Virus record (IMG/VR): IMGVR_UViG_3300035670_000145
Location: 9,811 to 73,810 of that record
Strand: one strand, 5' to 3'
Length of the DNA stretch: 64,000 nt
DNA from: a virus
Notes under the pieces: generated by a model
What the model saw: the letters and a program-made list of their open reading frames with translations, nothing else
Databases searched by the model: none
Told to the model about the DNA's origin: nothing
Part shown: positions 1 to 9,729 of the stretch, one piece after another
Numbering within the stretch: the stretch's first letter is position 1
Layout: each line of letters opens with the position of its first letter
Translations under genes and position numbers: made by a program

Positions 1-25
1 AGAAGCTTGCGCTGATTTTCGCTCA

Positions 26-418
26 TCAATCTGCCCAGAAAAATTTCTTCGGCCTCACCGTTGCCAATGGCGCGGCAACTACCATCTTACTGCCTCCAAG
101 AAAAAGACAATTGCTTTCGTCCGCTACTACTGCCATTGCCAATAAAGATTTTGCGCCCGGCAGGTAAAAAACGGCCCCAGGACGAGGATCGTAAATAATT
201 TCCCCTTGAGAAAGCAACCAGCGCAAAATTTTGCGAATGGTAAGTTGTTCTTCCGTGTAGTCTTCGTACACCCAGGCAAACTGCTCTCGACAGTGCTTCA
301 AGCCAAGCCTGCGTCGTACCTCCATACATAACAACCAGCAATCTGTATAACCTTCGCCGTCCTCTGGCGATGCAGCATATTTATGCTGCAAGCCAATTAA
401 ATCGTTATAGTTGATCAT
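26..418 (-). CDS. Tail-tip NlpC/P60-like protein (lambda gpK-like)
   Basis: LIGL..Y...DCW.L motif of NlpC/P60-type tail proteins; lies after gpM/gpL-like genes and tape measure. Confidence 0.65.
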   Translation of the reverse strand: MINYNDLIGLQHKYAASPEDGEGYTDCWLLCMEVRRRLGLKHCREQFAWVYEDYTEEQLTIRKILRWLLSQGEIIYDPRPGAVFYLPGAKSLLAMAVVADESNCLFLGGSKMVVAAPLATVRPKKFFWAD

Positions 419-966
419 CGCAAGGAAATGTCAGCGCTCAATGGAAGCAATCCTACAAGATTGCGCGTAAGTTTTCTTGCGGGAAACTGGCTTCCAACGC
501 TATCCATGGCGCTGCGAAATCGAAGTTCAATGGTAGTGTCAGAGAATGCTGCTCCAATGCCAATGTAGCGCTCTTCGTACACCTTGATCGGAGCTAGTGC
601 TTCATTCATCCATACCGTCGTAAGCTTGAGCCTGCTTAGCCTGTTTCCATTGCCTTGCTGAACCAAGCGCACCGCCACTTCTACATTGGGAAACAACACT
701 TGTACCATTCCATTGTCACCGCCTAATGTCGAAATGGTACCTTCTACCATAAATGGGGCAAACGCGTAAAAAAGACCAGCCGATGCCTGAGGCCATCGAA
801 CTGTTTCGTTGACAAAATAGTTTTGATAGCGATGAAAAACCGTGCCAGGTTCCGAGCCTAAAGTAATCGTGTCTTTCTGATTGGAGCCAGCAAGGGAACT
901 GGCTGTAGCAGCACTACCAGTAAAAGCTAAGAGCTCAAAATATTGAACAATGCGAATAGTGCTCAT
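415..966 (-). CDS. Minor tail protein (gpL/DUF1833-like)
   Basis: Synteny after tape measure; C-terminal LD.V...FPAR pattern typical of gpL-like hub proteins. Confidence 0.55.
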   Translation of the reverse strand: MSTIRIVQYFELLAFTGSAATASSLAGSNQKDTITLGSEPGTVFHRYQNYFVNETVRWPQASAGLFYAFAPFMVEGTISTLGGDNGMVQVLFPNVEVAVRLVQQGNGNRLSRLKLTTVWMNEALAPIKVYEERYIGIGAAFSDTTIELRFRSAMDSVGSQFPARKLTRNLVGLLPLSADISLR

Positions 967-1370
967 TACTGCCTGAACTCGGAAACAAGTTTAACACTGA
1001 TAGTACTCAAGTCTCTTTGCGTGCTTTCGACAGACGGAGGTTCAGCATACACCCATTCAGTGCTGTCAGCGAAAGGGCTGCCATTTTTCAGGCCTCGCAC
1101 TGTCGTAGAGGAAAGGGATAGTCCCGCCCAAACTTCGTCAGGTAAAGCAAAACCAACAGTGGCCCCTTGTTGCGTGTGGTAATGACTGTAAATTGCATCT
1201 AGCGTTGCTTGCTTAACGTTTTCAAATACAAGCTCCAAGGACGCGCCGTAGGGACGATTGCCAAATGAACGTCGAACTGTTTTGCCGGATAATGACCGAT
1301 AAGTCTTGACGGGGTATTCCCCTAAGGAGAAAGAGCGTTGCGTAGGCTTGATTGACGGAAAAGTTGCCAT
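966..1370 (-). CDS. Distal tail / gpM-like minor tail protein
   Basis: First gene after tape measure; MATFPSIKP start, G...F.LP and W.Y.EPP patterns. Confidence 0.6.
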   Translation of the reverse strand: MATFPSIKPTQRSFSLGEYPVKTYRSLSGKTVRRSFGNRPYGASLELVFENVKQATLDAIYSHYHTQQGATVGFALPDEVWAGLSLSSTTVRGLKNGSPFADSTEWVYAEPPSVESTQRDLSTISVKLVSEFRQ

Positions 1371-1372
1371 AG

Positions 1373-4300
1373 TTAGCGCATTCCTATGCGTCGGCGCGTA
1401 TTAGGACTTTGCTGAAGCTTGTCAATAGCAAGACTTGCGCCTCGCACTGAGCCCTCCTTGACGGCAGCCCTGCGTGTTTCCATCATAGCCGCCTCTAATT
1501 GCTCTCTACTTACATACTCCACTCCATTGATAGAAGTAGTTTCAAAGCTCATAGAAAGGATGGGAGACGATGGGGAAGAGCCGTAATTGCCTCCCATTTT
1601 GTCGCGAATGCTTTCGCCCTGCATTTGCACGGGGATCGAGCGGCCGTCAGGCAGTGGCACAATCGCTTCGTTGTATTTGCCTTCGCCCACAAGGCCGAGA
1701 GTGGGGCCCTGAACAATTCCTCCATTGGCAAACGCTTGAAAACCGCCTTCCCATACGGCTCCATTAGCTGCAAGTTTGGGCATTTTCAATGCATCAGAAA
1801 AACTGGTACCGGGAGTGCTGCCAAATGCACCGCTGTAATTTGCGCCCGTACCACCCCCAACGCCTCCCATCACGCCCAAAGCTTTCAAGATGATGCCATA
1901 AATCATCATTGTGATTTGCTGAGCAATGATTTGCGCGGCCATATCTAGGAAGTGGTCGGCAATGCTTTGCATCATGTTTGCAAGGGCTTCCTGGGCGCTC
2001 ATTGATCCAGAGGCAATATCCTTGAAGGCTTGCCCAAAGGCGCTTCCAATTGCTTTCGCACCCTCTACTGCCTGGAATCCCCAGTTTGTAAGCTTGTCAA
2101 GTTCTCCTCTGGCGCTACCAGCAGCATCCTTAATCAAATCCATCGGTCCTTTAGCGGCCTCTCTTGGCACTCCAGCCTCTGCGGCGCTACCGGCCTGCGC
2201 TATTCCGCCCCTGACTGTCTTTAAGCGTTCAAGCTCTTCTCGAAGTTTTTTAGTTGCCTCGCTAGACCCCTCTCTTGCTTCACGCTCTGTAATAGCAGTT
2301 TCGGCCTGGGAAATGGACAGGTCAAGAGTTTCCATTTGCGCACGCACCAACTTGCGCACTTCTGCAACTTGCCTTGCCCTTTCAGGTAACATGCCTTCCG
2401 ACATTAAATCTTTGACATCCTTTTCGTAGCGCAATTGCTCGCGCTGGCTAGCAAGCAAATCTTTGATTGGTTGCAAGGCATTTTCACGAACGCGCTGCAT
2501 TTCTTGTTCTAAAGTTAAAGAATTTTGTGCGCTTTTGATGCGTGCCGTTTCAGTGATGCTTTGTTTTTCTTTCTCGCTTTTGGCTTCTTTCAATGCTTGA
2601 TTTAACTCGCGCCGAATAGTAAGTTCTTGGCTCGCGAATTCCGCAAAAGTTTTGGCAACAGGGTTAGTGGCTTGCATCACGGACAGCCGCTGCTGCTCCG
2701 CAAATAAAGCATCGGAAGCTGCCTGCGCTTGTTTTGCGATTTCTTCGGCCAAGCGCTTGGCCTCGTTGGCCGCTTTATCGGCCTTTGCTTTTGCTGCTTT
2801 TCCGTTTCCACCACCTATAGGTATATTGCCCAACGCTCCTCCCGCTTGTCGCTGCGCAAGTTGAGCCTGGGTCGGATTAAGCCTGGCCCCCGTCAAAACG
2901 GCCTCTTGGACTTGCTGCATTGCAAGTCTTGCTCTCAGCTCCTCGTCGCGGCCAGTAATCAATCCTCGCGCAGCCCCAAGCGGGCCGGAGAATTGCGCAA
3001 GCTCCTTTCTTGCTTGAACTTGGGATCTCCTATTCACAATAATGCGACTATTTACTTCTTCCCTGCTCAGTCCCTTGACTTGTTTTTGATACTCCTTAGA
3101 GCTAAATCCAGCTATATCATCAAGAGATTTTTTAAGTCGATCAATTTCCGACATTCCACTTATGGCCACCTCAATAGCAATTGCAATGAGGCCAAATCTG
3201 GCAAGCCCAACCAATGCCACTTTTAATGCAGTCACTGGTCCAGTCGCGGCAGTAGCGGCACCCGCAAGTAATCCCATTTGGACTTTAGTGCCAGCCAGTT
3301 GAGTGTTTGCGATAGTTGCAGACCTACTTACTGCAATAAATTGAGCATTAAGAGCAATAAATTTGGAAACTGTTGCGCCAATGCTGGCAACAAGTCCCAA
3401 AAGAATTTTGCCCCCTAACATGGTAAAGACAGTGTTGACCAGTAAAACATTGGCGTATATTTTTAGTAGAAATCCAGTAACTGGATTGCCAGCAATACTT
3501 GCCAAAACTTTGCCAACATTCAACAGGATATTTCCAAAGAGCTGAAATGCGGGAACTAGCTCCCGGAGGTTTTGGCCGATACCTTCTAGCGATGGCCTGA
3601 GCTGGGCCAGTTCTTTTGCAAGAGCAGCGCCTCCTGCGGTCTTGGCCTGAGTACCAGTAAAAAATGTATTAAAACCGTCCGTGACAACTTTAATTCCATT
3701 GGTAAGCGGCACAACGACGCTATTCAAAAAACCAACCGCCACCGGCTCGAAGCTTTCATATAAAAGCTTCATTGAATTTTGAAGTCGATTAATTACACCT
3801 TGGAATGTTAAAGCAGCTCCTTCCGCACCCGCGCCAAATTCTTTCCGCATGATGACGCCAACATTCAAAAGCAATTGCTTCATGGCGTCGCCTTTGTATG
3901 CTCCATCTTCAAGAGCTTTGGAAAACTTAGAGATGGCTTCGGGGCCCTTGAACCCAGCGGCTTCTGTAAATATCGCCATTGCGCCTGGTAATACGTCGCC
4001 CAGTTGCCCTTTAAGCTCTTCGCTCATTACTTGGCCTTTGCTGGCCATTTGAGCAAATGCGTAGTTAACTCGATCAACTTTATCCGCGCTCATTCCAAAT
4101 GTTGCGGCCGCCTGGCTGATTCCAGTAAACAGCCCTCGAATTTCTTCTCCCTTAAATCCGGCAGGGCTCATCGAAGCGTAAAGCTTCGTGAAACCATCGC
4201 GTGCGGACTGCAATGGAATGTTATATCGATCAACGATGCTAAGAATGAATTCGTTTGAAATTGCGGCCTCTCTGGCTGTTGGCGAAATGGCAGACAAAGT

Positions 4301-5839
4301 GTTTCTAAAGCTTTGTAACTGCCCCACTGCCGCCCCTACTTGAGAGGGAAAATCTTGCAAGAAAGCAAGTAATTTATAGGCTTGCCCAAACAACAACACT
4401 TGTTTTGTGGCAAAAGCAAACTCAGAGCCAAGCTCTCTAATCATTCCAGAGCCAGGAAGCCTCATATTTGCAAATGCGCGGGCAAACTCGCCAGCTCCTC
4501 CGCCCCCACTGGGAGGGCGGCCGCCGCCACCTCCTCCGGTGCCACCGCCGCCACCGCTGCGTGGCTGTGGCACAATTGCCCCAGGGGCAGCATAGGGAAC
4601 AATGGAAGAAAGCGGACGAGGGGATCTGTATGCATAGCCATAAGGAGAAGGAGTTCGCACTCCTGCGCCCGCCATTACATCGGCTTCTCGAAGCGCCGAC
4701 CGCATACGTGCTTTTCTTTCACGACGCGCAAGCATCTCTTGGCGACTTTCCCCATCGCGCTCCAAGCGTCCAGTAGCGTAAGAGGAAGGTGTTCGTCCCA
4801 CGCCCGGAGGAAGCAAGCCCGCGATGCGACCAGGGGCTAATGCCGCTCGTACTGTATTGCCAAGATCTTTTACGTTGACACTGCGAATGGCCGCGTTCAA
4901 CTCGGTGCGCACGGCATCAACAAAAGAATTAGCAGCGTTGCGCAATGCGTCTTTTAATGCCGGAGAAAGAATATCTCCAGTCAATCTTTTTTGACTGGCA
5001 AAACTAGCACCAGGAAGTTCCGCGAACGATCGACCAGCCGGCAGCGCTCGCGATGAAACTGTCGAAACTCCAACAGGAGTGGGCCTAGTCGCCGTCCAAT
5101 TAATCTCTGGGAGTCTTCTTCGTTCTGCTTCTCTTGCTCGAATGGCAGCAGGATCAACGCCAGCCATAAAGAATATTGCACGAGCAATTTGGTCAAGCAA
5201 AGTGCGCTGAGGCTGAACCCCGCCAGGTTCTCTCATCCGCATTTCCATGCCAGACGCAGTCTTCCCGACCATGCCCTGCGTGCGCATGTACTCCATAAGA
5301 TTCAGAAAATCTTGTGGTGGCGCAGAACCACTGGCGGCTCCTTTGACATTTGCCTTGACGTTTACGCTGATGTCCCCTAACGATTCCTTTACAGCCCTCT
5401 TGAAATCCGCAACATCAGCTTTGGTGATTGACGGTTTAATGCTGACGGGAATGCGAATTTTACCACCAGTGTCCTCTAATGCGCTTGATCGAATGGTTCT
5501 ATAAATATCGGCTACGACAGATTTAGCGTCTTTCTGTGTTGTTCCGTTTTTGACAGAAACCCCAATGGCAATTTTTTCGTTTGCAAGTAGTGCCAGGCTG
5601 GTCTTTGCTGTTTCGAGGCGCCTGGCAAGCCCTTCCAACTGAGAATCGTTAATTTTTAAGCGAATTTCTTTGCCGAGATCTTTTAACTGTCTGTCAAGCT
5701 TTTGCTTGTTAATTGAAAGATTGATTGGGTAATATTGGGCAGACGCGGCTTTTGATGCTTGGGCTAATTGTGCGCGAAAGCCTGCGAGATCAAGCGTAAC
5801 GCCAAGCTGAAGACGAACATCACCTGCGCCCGCTGCCAT
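1373..5839 (-). CDS. Tail tape measure protein
   Basis: 1488 aa, Ala/Gly-rich helical; tape-measure signature AFAQMASKGQVMSEEL.GQL.D.LPGA; C-terminal FANGG/GPTLGLVGEG..EAIVPL. Confidence 0.95.
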   Translation of the reverse strand: MAAGAGDVRLQLGVTLDLAGFRAQLAQASKAASAQYYPINLSINKQKLDRQLKDLGKEIRLKINDSQLEGLARRLETAKTSLALLANEKIAIGVSVKNGTTQKDAKSVVADIYRTIRSSALEDTGGKIRIPVSIKPSITKADVADFKRAVKESLGDISVNVKANVKGAASGSAPPQDFLNLMEYMRTQGMVGKTASGMEMRMREPGGVQPQRTLLDQIARAIFFMAGVDPAAIRAREAERRRLPEINWTATRPTPVGVSTVSSRALPAGRSFAELPGASFASQKRLTGDILSPALKDALRNAANSFVDAVRTELNAAIRSVNVKDLGNTVRAALAPGRIAGLLPPGVGRTPSSYATGRLERDGESRQEMLARRERKARMRSALREADVMAGAGVRTPSPYGYAYRSPRPLSSIVPYAAPGAIVPQPRSGGGGGTGGGGGGRPPSGGGGAGEFARAFANMRLPGSGMIRELGSEFAFATKQVLLFGQAYKLLAFLQDFPSQVGAAVGQLQSFRNTLSAISPTAREAAISNEFILSIVDRYNIPLQSARDGFTKLYASMSPAGFKGEEIRGLFTGISQAAATFGMSADKVDRVNYAFAQMASKGQVMSEELKGQLGDVLPGAMAIFTEAAGFKGPEAISKFSKALEDGAYKGDAMKQLLLNVGVIMRKEFGAGAEGAALTFQGVINRLQNSMKLLYESFEPVAVGFLNSVVVPLTNGIKVVTDGFNTFFTGTQAKTAGGAALAKELAQLRPSLEGIGQNLRELVPAFQLFGNILLNVGKVLASIAGNPVTGFLLKIYANVLLVNTVFTMLGGKILLGLVASIGATVSKFIALNAQFIAVSRSATIANTQLAGTKVQMGLLAGAATAATGPVTALKVALVGLARFGLIAIAIEVAISGMSEIDRLKKSLDDIAGFSSKEYQKQVKGLSREEVNSRIIVNRRSQVQARKELAQFSGPLGAARGLITGRDEELRARLAMQQVQEAVLTGARLNPTQAQLAQRQAGGALGNIPIGGGNGKAAKAKADKAANEAKRLAEEIAKQAQAASDALFAEQQRLSVMQATNPVAKTFAEFASQELTIRRELNQALKEAKSEKEKQSITETARIKSAQNSLTLEQEMQRVRENALQPIKDLLASQREQLRYEKDVKDLMSEGMLPERARQVAEVRKLVRAQMETLDLSISQAETAITEREAREGSSEATKKLREELERLKTVRGGIAQAGSAAEAGVPREAAKGPMDLIKDAAGSARGELDKLTNWGFQAVEGAKAIGSAFGQAFKDIASGSMSAQEALANMMQSIADHFLDMAAQIIAQQITMMIYGIILKALGVMGGVGGGTGANYSGAFGSTPGTSFSDALKMPKLAANGAVWEGGFQAFANGGIVQGPTLGLVGEGKYNEAIVPLPDGRSIPVQMQGESIRDKMGGNYGSSPSSPILSMSFETTSINGVEYVSREQLEAAMMETRRAAVKEGSVRGASLAIDKLQQSPNTRRRIGMR

Positions 5840-5877
5840 TGTATTTCAAGTACTATTATTTTGCATTGTAGCCAATG

Positions 5878-6348
5878 TCAAGCTTGCTCACGCATTGACG
5901 CAGTTTTGATTTCGTCAGCGAGCATGCCAACAACTCGCCCATCCATTTTCTTGGTTTTTAGTAAACGATGGAGAACGGCAATGCTTTGCGGCGTGATTCC
6001 TTGCTCTTTTTCGATAAGTTTTGCATCGAATGGCAGAAAATCAGTTGGCTTCACTTGGCTTTTTTTGCCGTTTATCATTCCAGCAACCATTGTCCCCAGC
6101 TTTGCTATGGCAATGCTGTTGATGTTGTGCTTGGCAATATCATGCTTTTCTAAATACTTCAGAGCGGCCTTGACATCCGCCACTGGCTGCTTTGCGAAAT
6201 TTGCTGCAGTCCATCGTTCATCGTTGAAGTCGGAAGAGACAAGGCGAAAATAAAGTTCATTCCAATTGGTCAGACTTTTTAGCAATAGCCTTGCCTCATG
6301 CTCTAGGCGTTCTGCTGCTGAGGAGAATTCCTCTTTGGGGTTTTTTTT
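5878..6348 (-). CDS. Tail assembly chaperone, -1 frameshift extension (gpT-like)
   Basis: The -1 frame stays open from the A-AAA-AAA site (6341-6348) through NPKEEFSSAAERLEHEARLLLKSLTNWNELY to the stop at 5878; directly upstream of tape measure. Confidence 0.8.
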   Translation of the reverse strand, partial: KKNPKEEFSSAAERLEHEARLLLKSLTNWNELYFRLVSSDFNDERWTAANFAKQPVADVKAALKYLEKHDIAKHNINSIAIAKLGTMVAGMINGKKSQVKPTDFLPFDAKLIEKEQGITPQSIAVLHRLLKTKKMDGRVVGMLADEIKTASMREQA

Positions 6349-6851
6349 GCTGTATTGTTTGCCTCCTTCATTTCTGCTTCTTGTTCTGCGGAAATGAATT
6401 CAACCACCTTTGAGATGATGGCACGGGGCAGTCCTTTAGTGTCCTCAACGTCCCAGTCGGCCAAATCGCGCCACTCGTCATCAATCAAGCCTTGCCCTCG
6501 CGATCGAATGAAGGCGGTAACCATCCGAGCGTTTGTGGCCTCTACTGACGTGCCACTAGTGATCATGCCAAGGGTTTCCTCGGTAAAGTCGGACAATAGC
6601 TCGGCCTCAGTGATAGCGCCTCCACCTTGCAACAAGCTAAAGGCTTCGTCAAGAGGAATGTCTTTAGCAGTAGCAATGCGTTTTGCCAGTTGAACAGCAC
6701 GGATTGTCGCTTGACTTTGCAGCTTGCTGATTTCTTCTTGTTCAATTGCCTCTGCAACTAGCCACCCGCCGTATTTTTTCATGCGAATGTCGGGCAAAAG
6801 TTCAAAATAATCAGTTGCCTTGGTTTCGAGGAGGAAGCTGTATTTGCTCAT
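6303..6851 (-). CDS. Tail assembly chaperone (gpG-like)
   Basis: Position upstream of tape measure; slippery GCA AAA AAA near its 3' end; ATG at 6851 preferred. Confidence 0.75.
   Translation of the reverse strand: MSKYSFLLETKATDYFELLPDIRMKKYGGWLVAEAIEQEEISKLQSQATIRAVQLAKRIATAKDIPLDEAFSLLQGGGAITEAELLSDFTEETLGMITSGTSVEATNARMVTAFIRSRGQGLIDDEWRDLADWDVEDTKGLPRAIISKVVEFISAEQEAEMKEANNTAKKTPKRNSPQQQNA
6341..6348 (-). promoter_or_regulatory. Programmed -1 ribosomal frameshift site A AAA AAA
   Basis: 8-A run in frame gcA-AAA-AAA; a -1 shift fuses the two chaperone ORFs. Confidence 0.8.
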
Positions 6852-7077
6852 GGCGAAGGATGTTAAGGACAACATTAAAGGCTTTCACTCTCTCATGATT
6901 AGAGCGCACCTCTTGAGGAAGCTCTACCAGAAAAGCGTGATTTTCATTGCAGATTCTAATAGTGAGCTCGCTGCAGGAAATAAGACAAAGGATGCCCACT
7001 TCCATGGCCGACTGCTGAACTGTGCAATTGATGGCATGCACCTTGCCGTCTTCACTTGCCAGTAGATCAATTTGCAT
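6811..7077 (-). CDS. Hypothetical protein in tail module
   Basis: 88-aa ORF tightly packed between tail genes. Confidence 0.55.
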   Translation of the reverse strand: MQIDLLASEDGKVHAINCTVQQSAMEVGILCLISCSELTIRICNENHAFLVELPQEVRSNHERVKAFNVVLNILRHEQIQLPPRNQGN

Positions 7078-7522
7078 GAAGCGAGTCTAAGGCCTTTTGC
7101 ACCTGGCGAACTAGCGCCATTCCCGGTGCTTTTCTTAAAAAAGAAGATGCAATGGCGATATCATCAGTGAATGGACGAGCCTTTGTAAGCTTTGTTCCAT
7201 AGTGAACATAATAAGCATACTCTTGCCCTGATGAGTTAACGGCTCCCCAGCGCCAACTAGCCTCTGCCTTGGCGCTGTTTTTAGAAAAAGAATATTCTTT
7301 GCTGTCGTACAACGTACCGAGATCGTAGATATCCCGAGGGCTTCCAACGGTCTCTCCATTGCGGCGCCGTGTCTCACCAGACCAGCGCCATTTACCCGTG
7401 TCCCTAAATTGATCATCCCAATGGGCATCATCAATGTCCTCTTCTGCCCATTTTTGAAAAGCATTTCCCAGTGCCGCTATTAGCTTTTCTGAATTAATTA
7501 TTCTTGCGGGAACGTTTTTCAT
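7067..7522 (-). CDS. Tail completion/neck protein (HK97 gp10-like)
   Basis: PRDIYDLG.L..S and YAYYVHYGT....RPF motifs. Confidence 0.7.
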   Translation of the reverse strand: MKNVPARIINSEKLIAALGNAFQKWAEEDIDDAHWDDQFRDTGKWRWSGETRRRNGETVGSPRDIYDLGTLYDSKEYSFSKNSAKAEASWRWGAVNSSGQEYAYYVHYGTKLTKARPFTDDIAIASSFLRKAPGMALVRQVQKALDSLHAN

Positions 7523-7926
7523 GCTGTAATTAACCTCCGAATTTCTCTATCGGGAATAATAATACGACAACGCTCATAGGCAACATCATCCCCAGGTAAG
7601 TAGCGAAAATCTGCATCAGGAAAGCGCCTGCTCATCCTGTCCATTGCAGAAGCAATTTCAGAGCCGTCAGGATTGTATTGCATCAGCACCACTTCCCATT
7701 GCTGTAGCACGTCCACAACTCCTACGCCAGCCCTAGGAAGCACTTCTGGGTATTGTCGCATTGTCACTTCCAGTCCCGTCACCTTCCATTCAGAAGGCAC
7801 GCTTTTTTGTCCCACCACATACACAGCGGGAACAGTGGTACCATTCGGAAAAATATACGAGCCGATTAAATTAGGGCTAGCGCTCAAGAGCGTTGTAATT
7901 ACATCTCGCAACTGTGAAATGTTCAC
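7519..7926 (-). CDS. Putative tail terminator protein
   Basis: Size and synteny next to the major tail and gp10-like genes. Confidence 0.5.
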   Translation of the reverse strand: MNISQLRDVITTLLSASPNLIGSYIFPNGTTVPAVYVVGQKSVPSEWKVTGLEVTMRQYPEVLPRAGVGVVDVLQQWEVVLMQYNPDGSEIASAMDRMSRRFPDADFRYLPGDDVAYERCRIIIPDREIRRLITA

Positions 7927-7927
7927 A

Positions 7928-7955
7928 ATAAAAAAGCCTGCCGTATAGGCAGGCT
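7928..7955 (-). terminator. Intrinsic terminator after major tail gene
   Basis: AGCCTGCC-5 nt-GGCAGGCT stem followed by a U-tract on the minus strand. Confidence 0.8.
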
Positions 7956-7981
7956 AGCAAAGAAACAATGGGAAAGAGCAA

Positions 7982-8560
7982 TCAGCTATTGGGAGCCGAA
8001 GGAATCAGGCTTCCAGTGTTTTCAGCGTTCTGGTGGATGCCAATGCGACCACGGCTGATAATGTCAAAAGTTACTTCGACAAGATTGTCAGCAGGATAGC
8101 TTTCGTTGTAATTCATCACTCGACCCGTGTAAGCCACGCGATCGTAGTAATAGGTGGTGCCGGAAGCGCCCAGTTGCTTATTGATCTCCACATAAACTTC
8201 GCTGTTCTTGTTGTAGCGCGAAGCACTAATCACCTGGAAAGCTTCATCAAAGCTGTTTGGCAGGAACACCGTGCCATCGACATCTTTCTGGAAGTAGGAA
8301 GTAATCGAGGCAGTCGCTTGAGAGGTGACAATAACGCTGTCAGAGAAGCCGCCGCCGCCCAGGAGGTAGAACTCAGTGTTGCCGTCGTTAAAGGCCACAG
8401 AAGCCGTTGTAGCGGCTTGCAGGGTGTAGAGGGTAGGAGCGCCGCTAACCGTGAATGTAGCGCCGCTCTGCGTGATTACAGGGCGAGCAGTGCCGTCGAT
8501 GGAGCCAACACGCACAATAACGTCCTGGCTTTTCACTAGCTCAGTGGGATGATAGAGCAT
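7982..8560 (-). CDS. Major tail (tube) protein
   Basis: 192 aa, beta-rich, strong C-ending codon bias like the capsid gene, followed by a terminator. Confidence 0.7.
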   Translation of the reverse strand: MLYHPTELVKSQDVIVRVGSIDGTARPVITQSGATFTVSGAPTLYTLQAATTASVAFNDGNTEFYLLGGGGFSDSVIVTSQATASITSYFQKDVDGTVFLPNSFDEAFQVISASRYNKNSEVYVEINKQLGASGTTYYYDRVAYTGRVMNYNESYPADNLVEVTFDIISRGRIGIHQNAENTGSLIPSAPNS

Positions 8561-8595
8561 TTGAAGATCCTCAATGGAGAGAAAGTGTTTTAGCG

Positions 8596-8985
8596 TCAGG
8601 CGTTCTGTACGCTTCCTTTGCCAACCAGTCTAAAAATACCTCTGATCGGCGTGCCGAGAAATTGCCAATAATGCTCAGCAATTTGTTCATTTGGCAATAG
8701 CTCAAACCGTCCTTCTCTCCCATTGATTGTTGCAGCAGCAGAGGTTCCAGGAGTGATACCAGAAAGGGCCAATGGTCCAGTCAATCGTCCCTCCATGTAA
8801 ACGGCTGTATTATCTGCACCGAGCAAATAATCAAACCGTGGGTTCTGCTTTTGCTTCAGGCTCGCGTAATATGTGACGCCAGTGGAGGTAGCCACATAAT
8901 TATCAGTGCCGCTTTCAACCACGTAGCCCGATGCAACTTGCCAAACCAAAGTGGCATTAGCAAGAGGAGCGAGCACGTTGGTCAT
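8596..8985 (-). CDS. Head closure / head-tail joining protein
   Basis: Synteny between the DUF4054-like gene and the major tail gene. Confidence 0.5.
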   Translation of the reverse strand: MTNVLAPLANATLVWQVASGYVVESGTDNYVATSTGVTYYASLKQKQNPRFDYLLGADNTAVYMEGRLTGPLALSGITPGTSAAATINGREGRFELLPNEQIAEHYWQFLGTPIRGIFRLVGKGSVQNA

Positions 8986-9296
8986 ACGACGAAACCAATG
9001 GAAGAAGCACCAGCGACGGTTTCAAGCATTCGTTTGAACTCTTGGCCATACTGAGTGGCTTCGAGCCCTTTGCCATAAACCTTGCCCTCTGTAGCTCCAA
9101 TTTGGATGCCCATTTGAGCAAGTTGAATGGCAATAATGTGAGCAGCAAGATGCTTAACAGCTCGGTCAGTTTGACTGCCAAACACATCAGCACTTGCGTC
9201 TGCTGTTGCCTCGTCGATGGCCCCATTCACAATTCCTGATGGATGAGGGGTGAATTCGGGGAAGCGGTCAAGAAAATTGGCGTAGGTGACGGTCAT
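8982..9296 (-). CDS. Head-tail connector (DUF4054-like)
   Basis: F..RFPEF, L.AH and T.YGQEF motifs. Confidence 0.8.
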   Translation of the reverse strand: MTVTYANFLDRFPEFTPHPSGIVNGAIDEATADASADVFGSQTDRAVKHLAAHIIAIQLAQMGIQIGATEGKVYGKGLEATQYGQEFKRMLETVAGASSIGFVV

Positions 9297-9298
9297 GA

Positions 9299-9685
9299 TC
9301 AGACCTGCCCTGCGCGAATGGCTTCAAGACGCTTGTTAATGGCGTTACGGATGCGCACTCGCCCTTCTGCCTTTTTCCAATCCTGGAGCTGATCTTCATC
9401 GTGCATAATTTCAATCATGCGCAATGCATCAGTAAGAGGCAGTTGAGCGAGCGTGGACACTTTTGTCGGAATGTCCTGCACCGTAGGGGTGTCTTTCAGC
9501 TCTTCAATGGCGCCAATCGCCATGAGACGTTTGACAGTGCCATTGTTGCGTGCCTGAGCCCACTTGGTCTCTGGCACGTCTGAATTTACCCCTGGACTGA
9601 GCTGGATCATCCCAGCATCAGTGATAACACCAAGACCACCTTCGCGAGGCGGGTTTTCGAGGTCGGGGCGATAAGCAATCAACAT
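9299..9685 (-). CDS. Hypothetical head-associated protein
   Basis: Directly after the capsid gene; LSPGVN and E.R..IR.AI..R patterns. Confidence 0.6.
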   Translation of the reverse strand: MLIAYRPDLENPPREGGLGVITDAGMIQLSPGVNSDVPETKWAQARNNGTVKRLMAIGAIEELKDTPTVQDIPTKVSTLAQLPLTDALRMIEIMHDEDQLQDWKKAEGRVRIRNAINKRLEAIRAGQV

Positions 9686-9729
9686 AGTGTTCAAAGGAAC
9701 TGCTTTCAAGCTTAACGCCCCAATTACGC

